Part shown: positions 23,556 through 35,050 of the stretch, piece after piece
Position numbering within the stretch: position 1 is the first letter of the stretch
How the letters are laid out: each line of letters opens with the position of its first letter
Assembly (NCBI RefSeq): GCF_000142905.1
Contig: NW_013657651.1
Location: 310,001-374,000, forward strand
Reading direction: 5' to 3'
DNA: 64,000 nt
Source: Thecamonas trahens ATCC 50062
Lineage: Eukaryota > Protista > Apusomonadida
Position numbers and translations under genes: made by a program
The notes under the pieces: generated by a model
Told to the model about the DNA's origin: nothing
The model's database searches: none
The model's input: the letters and a program-made list of their open reading frames with translations, nothing else

Positions 23556-25986
23556 ACATCGTCGTCAGACTCAGGCTCGGAGTCAGGCATCGAGATGGCG
23601 ACAGCATCGGCGTTGCCAGCGCTGGCGGGCATGTCGCTGGATGTGCCCCAGTCGCGGCAGCCCCAAGTGGTGCGTGCAGGCGAGGCGCGAGGCAGCAAAG
23701 CAAGACAAGAGCTGCCGTTGGATGACGATAGAATCTTTACGCCAACATCGGGCCTGTTTGACGAGTTGGGCCTCCGTGAGAGGCTGGAGCTCGATCGTTC
23801 GTTCACATCGCCCGCGAGCGGCACACCAACGCCACTCTGGGCATCGACCGGCTCGCTCGACATTCCGCGGCAGAAGCAGAGCCTCCGGGAGCGGCGCGGC
23901 GTCTCGCGAACGATGCGGAGCCATGGGAGGCTGTGCGACGAGAGTGGAAGCTCGCCGGGGACACCGGTGACACCGGCACGGGGCCGAGTCCCGCTTCCAA
24001 ACCGCATCGCGAGCAACGAAGATAGTGCGGGGTCGAGCTTGCTCTCGCGGTCGCTAGCGTGGGTCTCGTACGAGGTCGACAACTGGTTTGCATCCAACTC
24101 GTGGTCGCAAGTCATTTTGCTAGTTGCCATCACCGCCGGGATGATGGGCTTGGGCGCGGCCGGACTGCTTGCTGTCGACGGCGAGGCCGGCCTCTACGGC
24201 GCGCTGTGGGACTCGTGGACATTTGTGGCTGATCCTGGAACGCACGCCGGCGAGGAGGCCGGCGGTCGGCGGGTGGTAGGCGTGTTTCTCTCGCTTGGCG
24301 GCATGCTGTTCTTTGCGTTGCTGGTGGGGCTGGCCTCCGAGTCGATTGCCGAAAAGGTGGAAGATCTGAAGCGCGGCAAGTCGGACGTGCTCGAGTCTGG
24401 CCACACGCTCATTCTGGGATGGTCGGACAAAGTCATCCCATCGGTGCGGCAGCTCGTTCTGGCGAACGAGTCCGAGGCCGAGGCCGTTGTCGTCATTCTG
24501 GCCGATATGGACAAAGAAGAGATGGACGAGGCACTGGCGACCGAGATCCCGGACTGGAAGACGACAACCATCATTACCCGGAGCGGCTCGCCGGTCGCAG
24601 CGCACGACCTGGAGATGTGCCGAGCGCATCTGGCGCGGGCGCTTCTGGTGGTCTCGCCGCGGAGCGAGGGTGTGCACCCGGACGAGGCCGACGCCGAGGC
24701 GGTGCGGGTGGTGCTTGCGCTCTCATCGCTGGGAGAACTCTCGGGGCACATTGTGGTCGAGCTGCAGGACATCGACAATGTCGACGTGATTGTCCTCGCG
24801 CAGGCTGCGGCTGGGGCGGTGGTCTGCCCGGTGGTGGCGCACGACGTCATCGGGCGGGTCATGATCCAGTGCTCGCGGCAGCCAGGGCTTGCGCAGATCT
24901 TTGAACATCTGCTCTCGTTTGATGGGCACGAGATTTACATGACACCGCCAGGCTCACTGGAGGGGACGACGTTCCGACAGGCGCTGACCTCGTTCTCGCA
25001 CGCGGTGCCGATCGGGATCCTCCTGTCTGCGGCGCGGGTGGCGGCAGAGCCGGGCACAGCGGCACTGGCTCACGGCCGGGTCCTTCTCTGCCCGCCAGGC
25101 GAGATGCTCATTGGAACGGACGACATGCTCATTGTGGTTGCAGAGGACGACGACACGTTTAGCGTTCTGCCTGCGCCAGTGGATGTGCGCGTGTCAGGCA
25201 CGGTTCCTGTGTGGCGGTCGCCGGCGGCGGTGCCTGAGAACATCCTTTTCCTCGGGTGGCGGCGTGATCTCGACGACATGATCACCGAGCTCAACAGTGG
25301 GTGGCGCCGGGCTCGTCGCTGACGCTGATGAACCCGCTGGACGTGCCGACGCGCGAGCGGATGCTCCGTGAGGGAGGGCTGAAACAGACACAGAACCTGG
25401 CGATCAGGCACGCGGTGGGGACACCGACGTTCCGGCGCGACATGAAGGCGCTCGACGTGGCGCAGTACGACGTGACGGTAGTTCTCTCGGACGAGGCTGC
25501 GGCCGAGGACGACGCAGGCTCGGGCATGTCGGCTGACTCGCGGTCAATGGTGGCGATGCTGCTTGTCCGCGACCTGCAGACTAAGGCCGGGCGGCCGGAC
25601 GCGACGCTCATTGCCGAGATCAAGGATCCCCGGACGACGGCGCTGCTGGTCAACGCCAACTGCTCCGATTATGTCGTCTCCAACGAGCTCATCTCGATGG
25701 TCCTCACCCAGGTGGCGGAGGAGCCGCAGATGAACGCGGTCATCTCGGCGCTGTTTGCCGAGGAGGGCGCCGAGCTCCACATCAAGCCGGCTGCTCGCTA
25801 CGCTTCGCTCGGCGAAGAGCTCTCGTTCTGGCAGCTCACGCTCCGCGCATACGACCGCGGCGAGATCGTCATCGGCTACCGCCACGCCGACGACGCCGAG
25901 TTTGTCATCAACCCACCCGACGCGACCAAGACGGCGGCGCAGGTTTGGGGGTGGGCGACGAGGTGTGCGTCATGTCCGAGGATTGA
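23158..25986 (+). CDS. CASTOR/POLLUX/DMI1-family cation channel (pore + 2 RCK domains); three one-base frame breaks
   Basis: LWDSWTFVADPGTH, GGMLFFALLVGL, GKSDVLESGHTLILGWSDK, RSGSP, GHIVVEL, VAHDVIGRVMIQCSRQPGLAQI, ADSRSMVAMLLVRD, DYVVSNELISM. Breaks at 23504-6, 25299-301 and 25947-51; the repaired end is WGVGDEVCVMSED*. Confidence 0.92.
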
Positions 25987-26018
25987 ACACCAGGATGCGT
26001 AGCAAGGGGCAGGTCCAC

Positions 26019-26579
26019 TCACTCACAGGCGGCTACGAGGGCAGCATCGGCAGCGGCGGCTGCATCCGAGTTGACGATCGCGCCGCGGCCAACAACGTAG
26101 ACAGCGCGGCCGACGATGTCGCCCGAGGTGACCGGGCCGAAATCAGGTGACGCGGGCGACTCGCCGTCGTCGGCAACAAGCCACAGTTCGTCGAGAGCTA
26201 GCGTATACGCCGGCTCGCCATCATCAGCCAGAAGTTGCTGCCCGGGCGTGGCAGCGACGCGACGGATGAGCAGTTCGGTCTCGACTTGCCCCGAGGTGAG
26301 GAGGTCTGATGGCGATGGCACGACAATGACGTCATTGACATGAACAGCATCAACCTCGGTACGAACCACCACCCGTGAGCCATTCTCATAAGAGGTGGCA
26401 GCATCCGGCGAGAGACCAAGAGCGGTGGCCATGGCCGGGCCCACCACCTCGACCACTTCCACCTCCTCCCCAGCCACAAGTGAGAGTCCAGCACCCAGCG
26501 AGGCTCCAGACGCCCAACGCATACCCAGACCGAGAGACAAGGCAGTACAATGACCAGTGCGTGGCAGTATGCGGAGCAT
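26019..26579 (-). CDS. S26/IMP-family peptidase homologue, catalytically dead, probably mitochondrial
   Basis: GPAM (canonical GPSM), IRRV (canonical IKRV), WLVADD, DFGPV..GDIVGRA; Arg-containing presequence-like N-terminus. Confidence 0.75.
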   Translation of the reverse strand: MLRILPRTGHCTALSLGLGMRWASGASLGAGLSLVAGEEVEVVEVVGPAMATALGLSPDAATSYENGSRVVVRTEVDAVHVNDVIVVPSPSDLLTSGQVETELLIRRVAATPGQQLLADDGEPAYTLALDELWLVADDGESPASPDFGPVTSGDIVGRAVYVVGRGAIVNSDAAAAADAALVAACE

Positions 26580-27176
26580 GTCGTGGTGTGGCTCTGGAGC
26601 AGAGTCGAGTCTTAGCCCCCCACCCCTCAGAGGCTGCGGTCGGCCGAGCTGAGTCAGCTCCATGGGCAAGCCGCACCCGGTGCAATGGTCGGATCATGGC
26701 ATGGGATGATTCGGATCAGAAATCAGCGCTGGTGCATGATGGTCGTAGTGATGATATGGCTAGAGCTGTTTGCCATTGTTGGCATCGCTGTCATCGCTGT
26801 CATCCCAAGCCCCTCACCTTGACCAGCCACGTCGTCTCTCCGTTCATCAGATCTGTCCTCTGCGGCCAGCCACCATGGCCAATCACAGTCAGGCGCATGC
26901 GACCCAAGCCCCCCCCCCCCCCCCCCTTCTCCACACCATCATCTCCCCCCTGTGGGTTGACAGCTGATCTCTGCCATAGCCTCGATCGATCGATCGTCGC
27001 CGAGTGACAGCACAGCCGCGTTCATTGGACGAATGGCGTGTTCCTCGCCGCACACGGACACGGACACGGGACAGGGACGGGGGGGGGGGGGGGGACAGGG
27101 ACAGGGAGAGAAGTCAGCACGTGACTCCCCTCTCCCCCCCCCTGGCAAGTAAGAAAAGGAGGAGTTGCGCTGTAGT

Positions 27177-28277
27177 ATGGGCAGTCTCAATGAGGAGCAG
27201 GTGATGGTTGTGGTGGAAGCGCTGGCGGGTGAGCTGGACAAGGACGACGTCATGGTGCTCTGCCGAGTGTCGGCAATGTGGCGACGAGCGGTACTCGGCT
27301 GTGATCGATTGTGGGATTTGTTGTACTTTAAGGATCGTCCATTGTCTCTCATTGATGGCTCGGTCGATACAAGAGCTGAGGTCATTGGCTGGTATGTGGC
27401 AGAGAGAGACGCTTGGCGGGCAAAGGAAGAGGTCCAGGCTCAGCTGAGGGGCTGGAAGGCCGCCATTAGGGAGAGAGCCGTCAGACCGCACGTCAGATTC
27501 TCCGCCGCCTATGGTGTCCAGCTTCGTTTTGTTCTCGCCGGTGATCCGGGCGTTGGGGCTGGCTCGCTCCTCTCGGCGCTGGCTGCTGAAGCTTCTCGCC
27601 GCGCCGCAGTGCTCGCCGCCAAGACCGCCCATCCCTACGCTGCCTTTCTCGGGCAAGACGAGACGAGCACTTTGGGATCGGCTGCCTTTAGCTGCCCGCT
27701 CGGCCGCCCTGAGTTCTCGGTCGTCGACTCGCTGTACAACGAGCTCGCGGTCCGGCTGGAGCTCACCGCGCTGCGGACCGAGTCGCTCGACGCTGCCGCC
27801 GAGGATCTGACCTGGCCACCGCCGACGGCCGACGCCGTCGATCCTGTTCCGGTCGACGTCATTGTCCTCGTTGCCGCCGTCGACACTCCCGGCTCACTCG
27901 CCCGCACTGCCTCTTACTGGGCCCCGGCGCTCCGTCGTCGGCTCGATGCCCCTTACACTCCGATGGTGCTGGCGGTGACCAAGGCCGACTTGCCGCGGAA
28001 GGCCCATGCCTCCCGGCGCAACAGCCTCCTGGACAGCACCCTCGCCAGCATCAACCGCGATGCAGCCGCCGACGCTCCGGCTGTTCTTGTCGAAACCTCG
28101 GCCGCATCCGGTGCAGGCGTGCCCGAGCTCCTCGATGCCATGCTCTTTCAGGCACTGCGGCCGACGTCTGCCGCAAAGGCGGCCTCCGACGCTGCCGCTG
28201 CTGCCGCCGGCAGCGCCTCGGGCCCCGCATCGTCGTCATCAGACTCTTCGTGGGCCTCCAAGTGCAGCATCCAATAA
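27177..28277 (+). CDS. F-box-like + degenerate Rho/Ras GTPase domain + CaaX
   Basis: LCRVSAMWRRA...DRLWDLLY; FVLAGDPGVGAGSLL; PMVLAVTKADL; VETSAASGAGVPELLD; C-terminal CSIQ*. Confidence 0.75.
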   Translation: MGSLNEEQVMVVVEALAGELDKDDVMVLCRVSAMWRRAVLGCDRLWDLLYFKDRPLSLIDGSVDTRAEVIGWYVAERDAWRAKEEVQAQLRGWKAAIRERAVRPHVRFSAAYGVQLRFVLAGDPGVGAGSLLSALAAEASRRAAVLAAKTAHPYAAFLGQDETSTLGSAAFSCPLGRPEFSVVDSLYNELAVRLELTALRTESLDAAAEDLTWPPPTADAVDPVPVDVIVLVAAVDTPGSLARTASYWAPALRRRLDAPYTPMVLAVTKADLPRKAHASRRNSLLDSTLASINRDAAADAPAVLVETSAASGAGVPELLDAMLFQALRPTSAAKAASDAAAAAAGSASGPASSSSDSSWASKCSIQ

Positions 28278-28736
28278 ACGTAGCAATGCACCTTTGCATG
28301 GTCAGCTCATCGGGCGAGTTCTTGCTCACTGACGAGCAGAGATAGCCGTTTGCTGTGGCGGGGAGCGGCAGGTGGGTAGGGAGGAACAGTGCGGCGAGTG
28401 GCGAGTGACGGGCGGTGGGTGTGGGAGGCAGCCACAGCCAACTCGCAGCCTGGGGCGGAAGCAGGTGGTGGGCGCGGGCGTGGAAGCCTCAAGCGAGAGA
28501 CCTTGCCATGAGCCTACTTGCTCGGTCACGCGAGTACGTACCCCTCCTCCCTCTCCCCCTCGTGCTCTTCCCCTGTACCTGTGTCTTTGGTCCTGCCTGT
28601 GGCCTCGCCAGAAAAGGTCGCAGTTTCTACCACCGCCGCACGTCCCCCCCCCCGCCCCCCTCCTCCCCCCTCCCATACTCATGCACCTCTGCCACAACCT
28701 CCCTGACCCCACCACAGAGCGCGGAGACGTGCGCTT

Positions 28737-30616
28737 GTGATGCGTGGCCCGGACAGAACAGTGGTGTCCATGCATGGGGAGAACCACAGACTCGTCTTTG
28801 CCACCGCAGAGGTCACCGGGTGGAGGCCGTCCATGGAGGACTCGCTCCTCTGCGCACTCAACTTTCCGGATCCAGACCCGGAGGGCTTGGCGGGGCGGAC
28901 GGGTGGAGGTCATGCGGATAACGATGATACTAGCAGTGGTAGTGGTGGTGGTGGTGGTGGTGGTGGCGAGGGGGAGGCGGGTGGAGAGGATGCGCAACGT
29001 GCTGGTGTCGACGACGACCGTGCTCCCGGTGGCGAGGGGCGGGCGGGTGGAGAGGACGAGTGCGCTGCTGCTGTAGGTGCTGCTACCACACATGGCAGTC
29101 AAGATCGTATGCCCGCCACACCTGGAACTTTGTCTGGCGCAGGTGTGGGGAGCAGCCCCGGCATCCGCAGTGTCCAGACGCAATCGTCAACAGCGGTCTC
29201 CACGCCGCTCGCGCAGACACGCTCGTCGTCGGGGGCGGCCCCGACCACTCCGATCCTACCGTCGTCGAGGGCCAAGACGCCGATGGCCTCACCGATGCGC
29301 AACGACATGGTGTGCGAAGAAGTGGTGCCGGCCTCTGAGACCGCGCTGTTTGGCGTGTTTGACGGCCACGGCGGCTCCAAGGCCTCCCTGTTTTGCGCGC
29401 AGCGGCTGCCTCATCTGCTTGCGGCGTCCGAGCCGTACCGCGCTGGCAGCATCGACGCGGCGCTCACCGAGGTCTTTGTCGAGCTCGACGCGGCGCTCAA
29501 CCGCGACCCGCGCTCGTCGTTTATGAAGGAGGGTACGACTGCGCTTGTCGCAGCCTGCATCGGCTCGCAGCTGGTTGTGGCCAACGCCGGCGACTCGCGC
29601 GCGGTGCTTGTGGCAGCCTCAGGCGAGGCCACCATCCTCACCCAAGACCACCATCCGCAATTACCCGGTGAGCGGGCCCGGATCGAGGCCTTTGGCTCGC
29701 GAGTAGTTGCCGACCCTCGCTCGGGCACCGCCCGGGTCGACGGAGTGCTTGCGGTTTCGCGCGCCCTGGGAGACTTTATGTTCAAGGACTACGACCGCGA
29801 CGAGCCCGGCCCGCCATCAGCGTGTGCCGTGACGGCCGAGCCCGACGTTGTGGCCTGTTCGCTGATGCCCGGCGAGCACGTGGCGCTCATTCTTGCCTGC
29901 GACGGAGTGTGGGATGTGCTGACGGCTGCTGAAGCCGCTGGCATTGTCAGGCCCATGCTCGACGCCGACGCGTCGCCGTCTGGCGCAGCCGCCGCTGCCG
30001 CCGCCCTGGTCATGGCCGCCTGCCCAGAGGCCGACGCGGCTGTCAGAGCGCTGCCCAACCGCGGGACCGACAACATGTCGGTCATCATTGTCGCCTTCAA
30101 GGCCGAGCCTGGCGCCCGGACGGCTTCGTATCCGGTCCACCCACACGGAGTGTACTCGCCGTCGGCGGCGCGGTTTGGCCATGGCGACGGCACGACGTTC
30201 ATCGCCGACGAGCGCTCGTCGTCGGTGTCGTCCACAGCCGCCGAGGTTTTGCCGCGCTCGGCGTCACGCACTCCGGTCACGCCGCGACAGGACGAGCTGC
30301 CGTCGTCATCGCCGACCGTCGACGTGGCGCCGGCCGTCCTGTTCGCGGCTCGACGGTCAAGACCCCGATCGCGCTCAACAACGGCGAGCCGTCGCCTACC
30401 GCGTCGATTGCCGTCCACGCCTTTGCTGCACACCCTCCGCCGTCCCTCTCGGATCTGCAGTCTTCAAAGCGCAAGCTCGACGACATGCTCGCTGCACATG
30501 AGTCTGGCTCGGCCGTTCCGACCAGCGAGACCTCACAGGCCTCGATCAGCACCGCGTCCGAAGACGAGGTCGTCGACCGATTTGCCAGCCCAACCAAGCG
30601 CCCGCGCGGACTGTGA
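28737..30616 (+). CDS. PP2C/PPM protein phosphatase; frame break at about 30332-30339
   Basis: GWRPSMED, LFGVFDGHGG, GTTA, VANAGDSRAVL, DHHP, GVLAVSRALGD, LILACDGVWD, GTDNMSVIIV. The repaired tail ends SPTKRPRGL* at 30616, removing a 326-bp overlap with the convergent gene. Confidence 0.9.
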
Positions 30617-30627
30617 AACGCATTCAA

Positions 30628-33600
30628 TCAAAGGACCTGCTCGGCAGAATCTCTCCGCTTCAGCCGACGGACCCGCTTGCGCCGTCGGCGCGACGGAGAG
30701 ACCGACGCCGACCCGCTGGCACTGGTGGACTTGCTCGTCACCGACGCGTGCTGGTCCGACACGCTGTCGCTCACCGTCTCGTTTGACGACCGCGATGAGA
30801 CATACGGCGGCGACGATGACGAAGACGATGACGAGCCGGACGGCGGCGGCGGCGACGACGAGGAGGCCGAGCCGGAGACGGACTTGGAGGCGGACTTGGA
30901 TGCAGAGGCCGACTTGGACGCTGACAGCGAGAATGCTGGTTCGCCCGAAGTAGAGCCTGAGTTGTCATCACTGTCGACACTCGCTGCACTGGCTGCACTT
31001 GCTGCGCCGTTGTCACTCCCGGCGGCGGCAGCGTCAGCCTCGGCGACGGCTTTGGCAGTGGCAACGCCGCTCGAGTCGCGGCCCGAGGGCGATGAGTCGG
31101 AACGGTGCGCGGCAGGAGTGGCACCTGAAACGGTGCCCATGGTAAATACCTTCATGATACGCGCGTCAGCGTGGGCGGCGGTGCGGAACTCGGAGAACGA
31201 GATGTCGCCGTCGTCGTTGAGATCGGCAGTCCGCCAGGTCTTGTCGACAAATGCCTCCAGCTCCTCGGACGAGACATCTGAGTTCTTCAAGACTGTGCGA
31301 ACGAGGGCATGCAGTTCGTCGCGCTGCAGAAAACCGTCGTTGGAGACATCGTAGGCGTCAAAGGCAAGCTTGAGCTTGCGATCGACGTCCTCGTTCGACG
31401 AAAAGACGGCGAGCACAGCCACGAGCTCTTTCTTGTCGACGCCACCCGAGTGGTCGGCATCGACCATGTCGAACATCGACTGGGCCACCGCCGGATCTGC
31501 CACCGCTGAGCCAAGTGCCGAGTTGGCGACAGCGGTGCAAAAGTCGTCAAAGTTGAGCTCGGCAGCGTCCGCCGCAAGCAGCTTGTCGACCACGTCGATG
31601 GGGATGGCGGCCATTGCCTGCAGCACTTCGACATCCTGCCGGCGGCGGAGCATTGCACGCGCGTCGGACCGCGTCGACAGTCCGTCGGCCTGGTCGAGGA
31701 CAGCAGACCCGCTTCCGCGCCGCAGTGCGAGTGGCGACTTGGGCGGGTCGTGACTCCCGCTTGCGCTTGCGTCTGCCTCGGCACTCGCATCTACACTTGC
31801 ATCTCCACTCGCATCTGCGCTGGCTTCCGCGGCTGCAGTCGTCACGGTCGGCTCGGCATCGGGCTTAGTAAGGGAGGCTGATGTGGATGCGGAGGCCGAA
31901 GCGGAGGCCGACACCTCGACCGAAATCTTGGTAGACGACTCCTCGCCGCCGACTGTAGTATTCGATGCAGACTTTTCGACAGTAACCGAGTCGNNNNNNN
32001 NNNNNNNNNNNNNNNNNNNNNNNNNNNNNNNNNNNNNNNNNNNNNNNNNNNNNNNNNNNNNNNNNNNNNNNNNNNNNNNNNNNNNNNNNNNNNAACCGTC
32101 GTTGGAGACATCGTAGGCGTCAAAGGCAAGCTTGAGCTTGCGATCGACGTCCTCGTTCGACGAAAAGACGGCGAGCACAGCCACGAGCTCTTTCTTGTCG
32201 ACGCCACCCGAGTGGTCGGCATCGACCATGTCGAACATCGACTGGGCCACCGCCGGATCTGCCACCGCTGAGCCAAGTGCCGAGTTGGCGACAGCGGTGC
32301 AAAAGTCGTCAAAGTTGAGCTCGGCAGCGTCCGCCGCAAGCAGCTTGTCGACCACGTCGATGGGGATGGCGGCCATTGCCTGCAGCACTTCGACATCCTG
32401 CCGGCGGCGGAGCATTGCACGCGCGTCGGACCGCGTCGACAGTCCGTCGGCCTGGTCGAGGACAGCAGACCCGCTTCCGCGCCGCAGTGCGAGTGGCGAC
32501 TTGGGCGGGTCGTGACTCCCGCTTGCGCTTGCGTCTGCCTCGGCACTCGCATCTACACTTGCATCTCCACTCGCATCTGCGCTGGCTTCCGCGGCTGCAG
32601 TCGTCACGGTCGGCTCGGCATCGGGCTTAGGAAGGGAGGCTGATGCGGATGCGGAGGCCGAAGCGGAGGCCGACACCTCGACCGAAATCTTGGTAGACGA
32701 CTCCTCGCCGCCGACTGTAGTATTCGATGCAGACTTTTCGACAGTAACCGAGACCCTGGCGTCGGCGTCGGCGTCGGCACTGGCGTTGGCGTCCACACCT
32801 GCGGATGATGAACTGCGGCTGCGGCTCCCGCTTTCGCACTCGCTTTTGCTGCGGCTTGCGCTGCTGCGTGAGCGGTCAGCATCGTCGGCGTCCGAGGCGG
32901 AGGCTGAAGCCGAGTGGCTCGGGCCGTTGTCGGACGAGCCAGAGCTGGTGGACATGCGCGGTGAAAAGGCGACCGGGCCCGAGTGCAATTGCGAATTGAC
33001 CGAGTGCGAGGCAGAGGCGGAAACAATGTCCGACTCGGAGTGCGAGAGCGAGCCCTTGGGGTAGCTTCGCGCTGGTGACGACGCGTCGTTGGCGCCACCA
33101 TTCATCGAAACCAGTCGTGATGAGTCCGCTTTGCCGACCACCGACGAGACGTTGAGACCAACCGAGTTGGCGAGGACAAGCTTGCTCCGCAGCTCCGCGA
33201 TGGTCTCCTCGTCCTTCTCGAGTTTGGCTTCAAGCTCTGCCTTGGCCTCGTGCAGCTCGTCCACTTCCTTGGCATGGAGCTTGTTGTCGCGCTCATGGGC
33301 ATCGCGCTCGCGGTTGAGCGAACGAAGTGCATCGTCGAGCTTGCGGTGGGCGTCGTCGCGCTCGCTCTCGACAATGGCAAGTTGCGAGCGGACGGAAGCG
33401 AGCTGGGCATCGAGGACCCGACTGCGGTCTGCGGCCTGGCTTTCGACAAAGCTGGAGTGAGTGCGGGCATCAGTGGCGGCCTGCTGGGCGGCAATGAGCT
33501 CGGCACGGAGCTTGGCCGACGACTGGGCGTCGTGGAGCGTCTCGCCAGACTCGCGCTGCAGCTGGGCAATGGTGGACTCGGCGGCAATGAGCTTGGACTT

Positions 33601-34778
33601 GAACGACTCCAGCTCAAACTCCATGGCCTCGGCATCGCGTGCAGCCTGGGTACGGAGCTCGTCGAGCTCGTCGATAACCTCGTTGTACTCGGCCTCAAGG
33701 TTGGCGTACTCGGTGTCGGTGGGCGCAGCGAGGGCAGCGGCCTCGGGTCCCAGCAGCATCGTCGACGACCGCGAGCGGTCGGCGTCGGCAGTCTCCTCGG
33801 CAAGCTCGAGGAGGCGGGCCTGCAGCTTCTTGCACAGCTTCTTGAGGCGGTAGTTCTTGTCGACAGCCACCTCGAGTGCTTCGTCAAGTTCCTTGTTGCG
33901 GGCGAGCGCCTCCTCGTACATGGGCGGGGACGGCCCGGACTCATCACCGGCGCGGCCACCGGCCCAGCCGCTGTGGGCGTGGCCGGCGTCGACCAGAGCT
34001 TGCAGCCGCCGGGTCTCCTCATAGTACGCGTGCAGCTCCATCTGGAGCTCAGCAACACGGACGTGCCGCGCATCGCGCGAGAGCGCATCGTTTTGCTGGC
34101 GTGCCTTCTTCAGCTCCTGCTTGAGCTCCTTGACCTTGCGCTTGAGCGAGACAATGAGCCGCTGCTCGCGCTTGATGGTGGAAAGGCCACGAGTCGAGCC
34201 GCCGGGGGCGAGCTCGAGCTTGGCGCCAAGCACCTCGTCCAGCTTCCGCCGCACCCGCAGCGTCTCCTCCTCGGCCTGCTTCTGCAGCGTCCTGGCCTCG
34301 TTCCGCTCTAGCACCACTTCCTTGAGCCGCCGTTTCAGCCGCTGCAACCGGTGTCGTACCCACCAGATCAGAGCAAGAGCGAGAGTGAGTGCAGCACAGA
34401 GATCGATCAACCACACAACACATCGTCTGCTATCGGTCTACATCGCCTCTCGCACCTCGCCCTGCCGAAAACCGCCAGTCTCTGAAAAAGGGCAACCTCC
34501 AACGGGACAATTCCGCAGTGCCCAACTCTTTGCCTGACCGGCGCAAAGTTGAGCAGAGCAGCCAGCAGAGGGTAGCGCGATAGCGGCAGTGGTACGGAGG
34601 GAGGAGAGGGGGGGAGGGGGAGGGGGAGGGGGAGGGGGGGGACACGAGAACGTACCTGAATCTCCTCAAACTGAGCCTCTTGATCATGGTAGTACTTCTT
34701 GTGCGGGTTGGAGTCTGCTTGCTTGCGCATGCGCAGAGGCTTTGCATAGCTTGCTTCTGCCGTCCTTGGTCGTGTCAT
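30628..34778 (-). CDS. IQCE-like N-terminal coiled coil + Ser-rich linker + EF-hand (CnB/NCS-like) domain; exons 34778-34656 and 34341-30628
   Basis: GTACGT...CAG intron keeps frame. YHDQEAQFEEIQ|RLKRRL...ELHAYYEETRRLQ; EF loops DADHSGGVDKKE, DVSNDGFLQRDE, DLNDDGDISFSE. Includes a gap-flanking duplicated segment; start uncertain. Confidence 0.75.
31332..32752. repeat. About 660-bp direct duplication on both sides of a 100-N gap (probable unmerged contig overlap)
   Basis: 31332-31990 matches 32094-32752 (offset 762), with two substitutions noticed near the contig end. Confidence 0.85.
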
Positions 34779-35050
34779 ACCAGATGATGATGGCCTTGGC
34801 CGCGAAGGTGGTGGTCCTCGTTGCGGTTGCGGGTGGTGTGCCAGCTGCGGGTGCGGGGAGCGGGTGGTCTTCCTCCACCTCGGGACTGTCCCTCTCCTCC
34901 ATTAGGAACAACCACTCCAGTCCGTCGCATGCGTGGGGATGCCCCACGCTTCCTCCCACCAGGGGGGAGTACGGTGAGAACGACCGGCGCATAGTCGGGT
35001 GCCCTCTGCCAGCGCAGCCGCCAAAGATACCACTGCCATTCCGCCACAGA

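Noticed and set aside
30617-30953. Overlap of the PP2C ORF with the convergent EF-hand gene
   Set aside because: Disappears when the one-base break at about 30335 is repaired.
31332-32752. Apparent duplicated EF-hand domain
   Set aside because: The copies abut an exactly 100-N placeholder gap and are almost identical, typical of an unmerged contig overlap rather than biology.
34342-34416. N-terminal TM helix (MWLIDLCAALTLALALIWW) on the 1262-aa ORF
   Set aside because: Falls inside the inferred intron 34655-34342; the spliced form restores a continuous IQCE-like motif.
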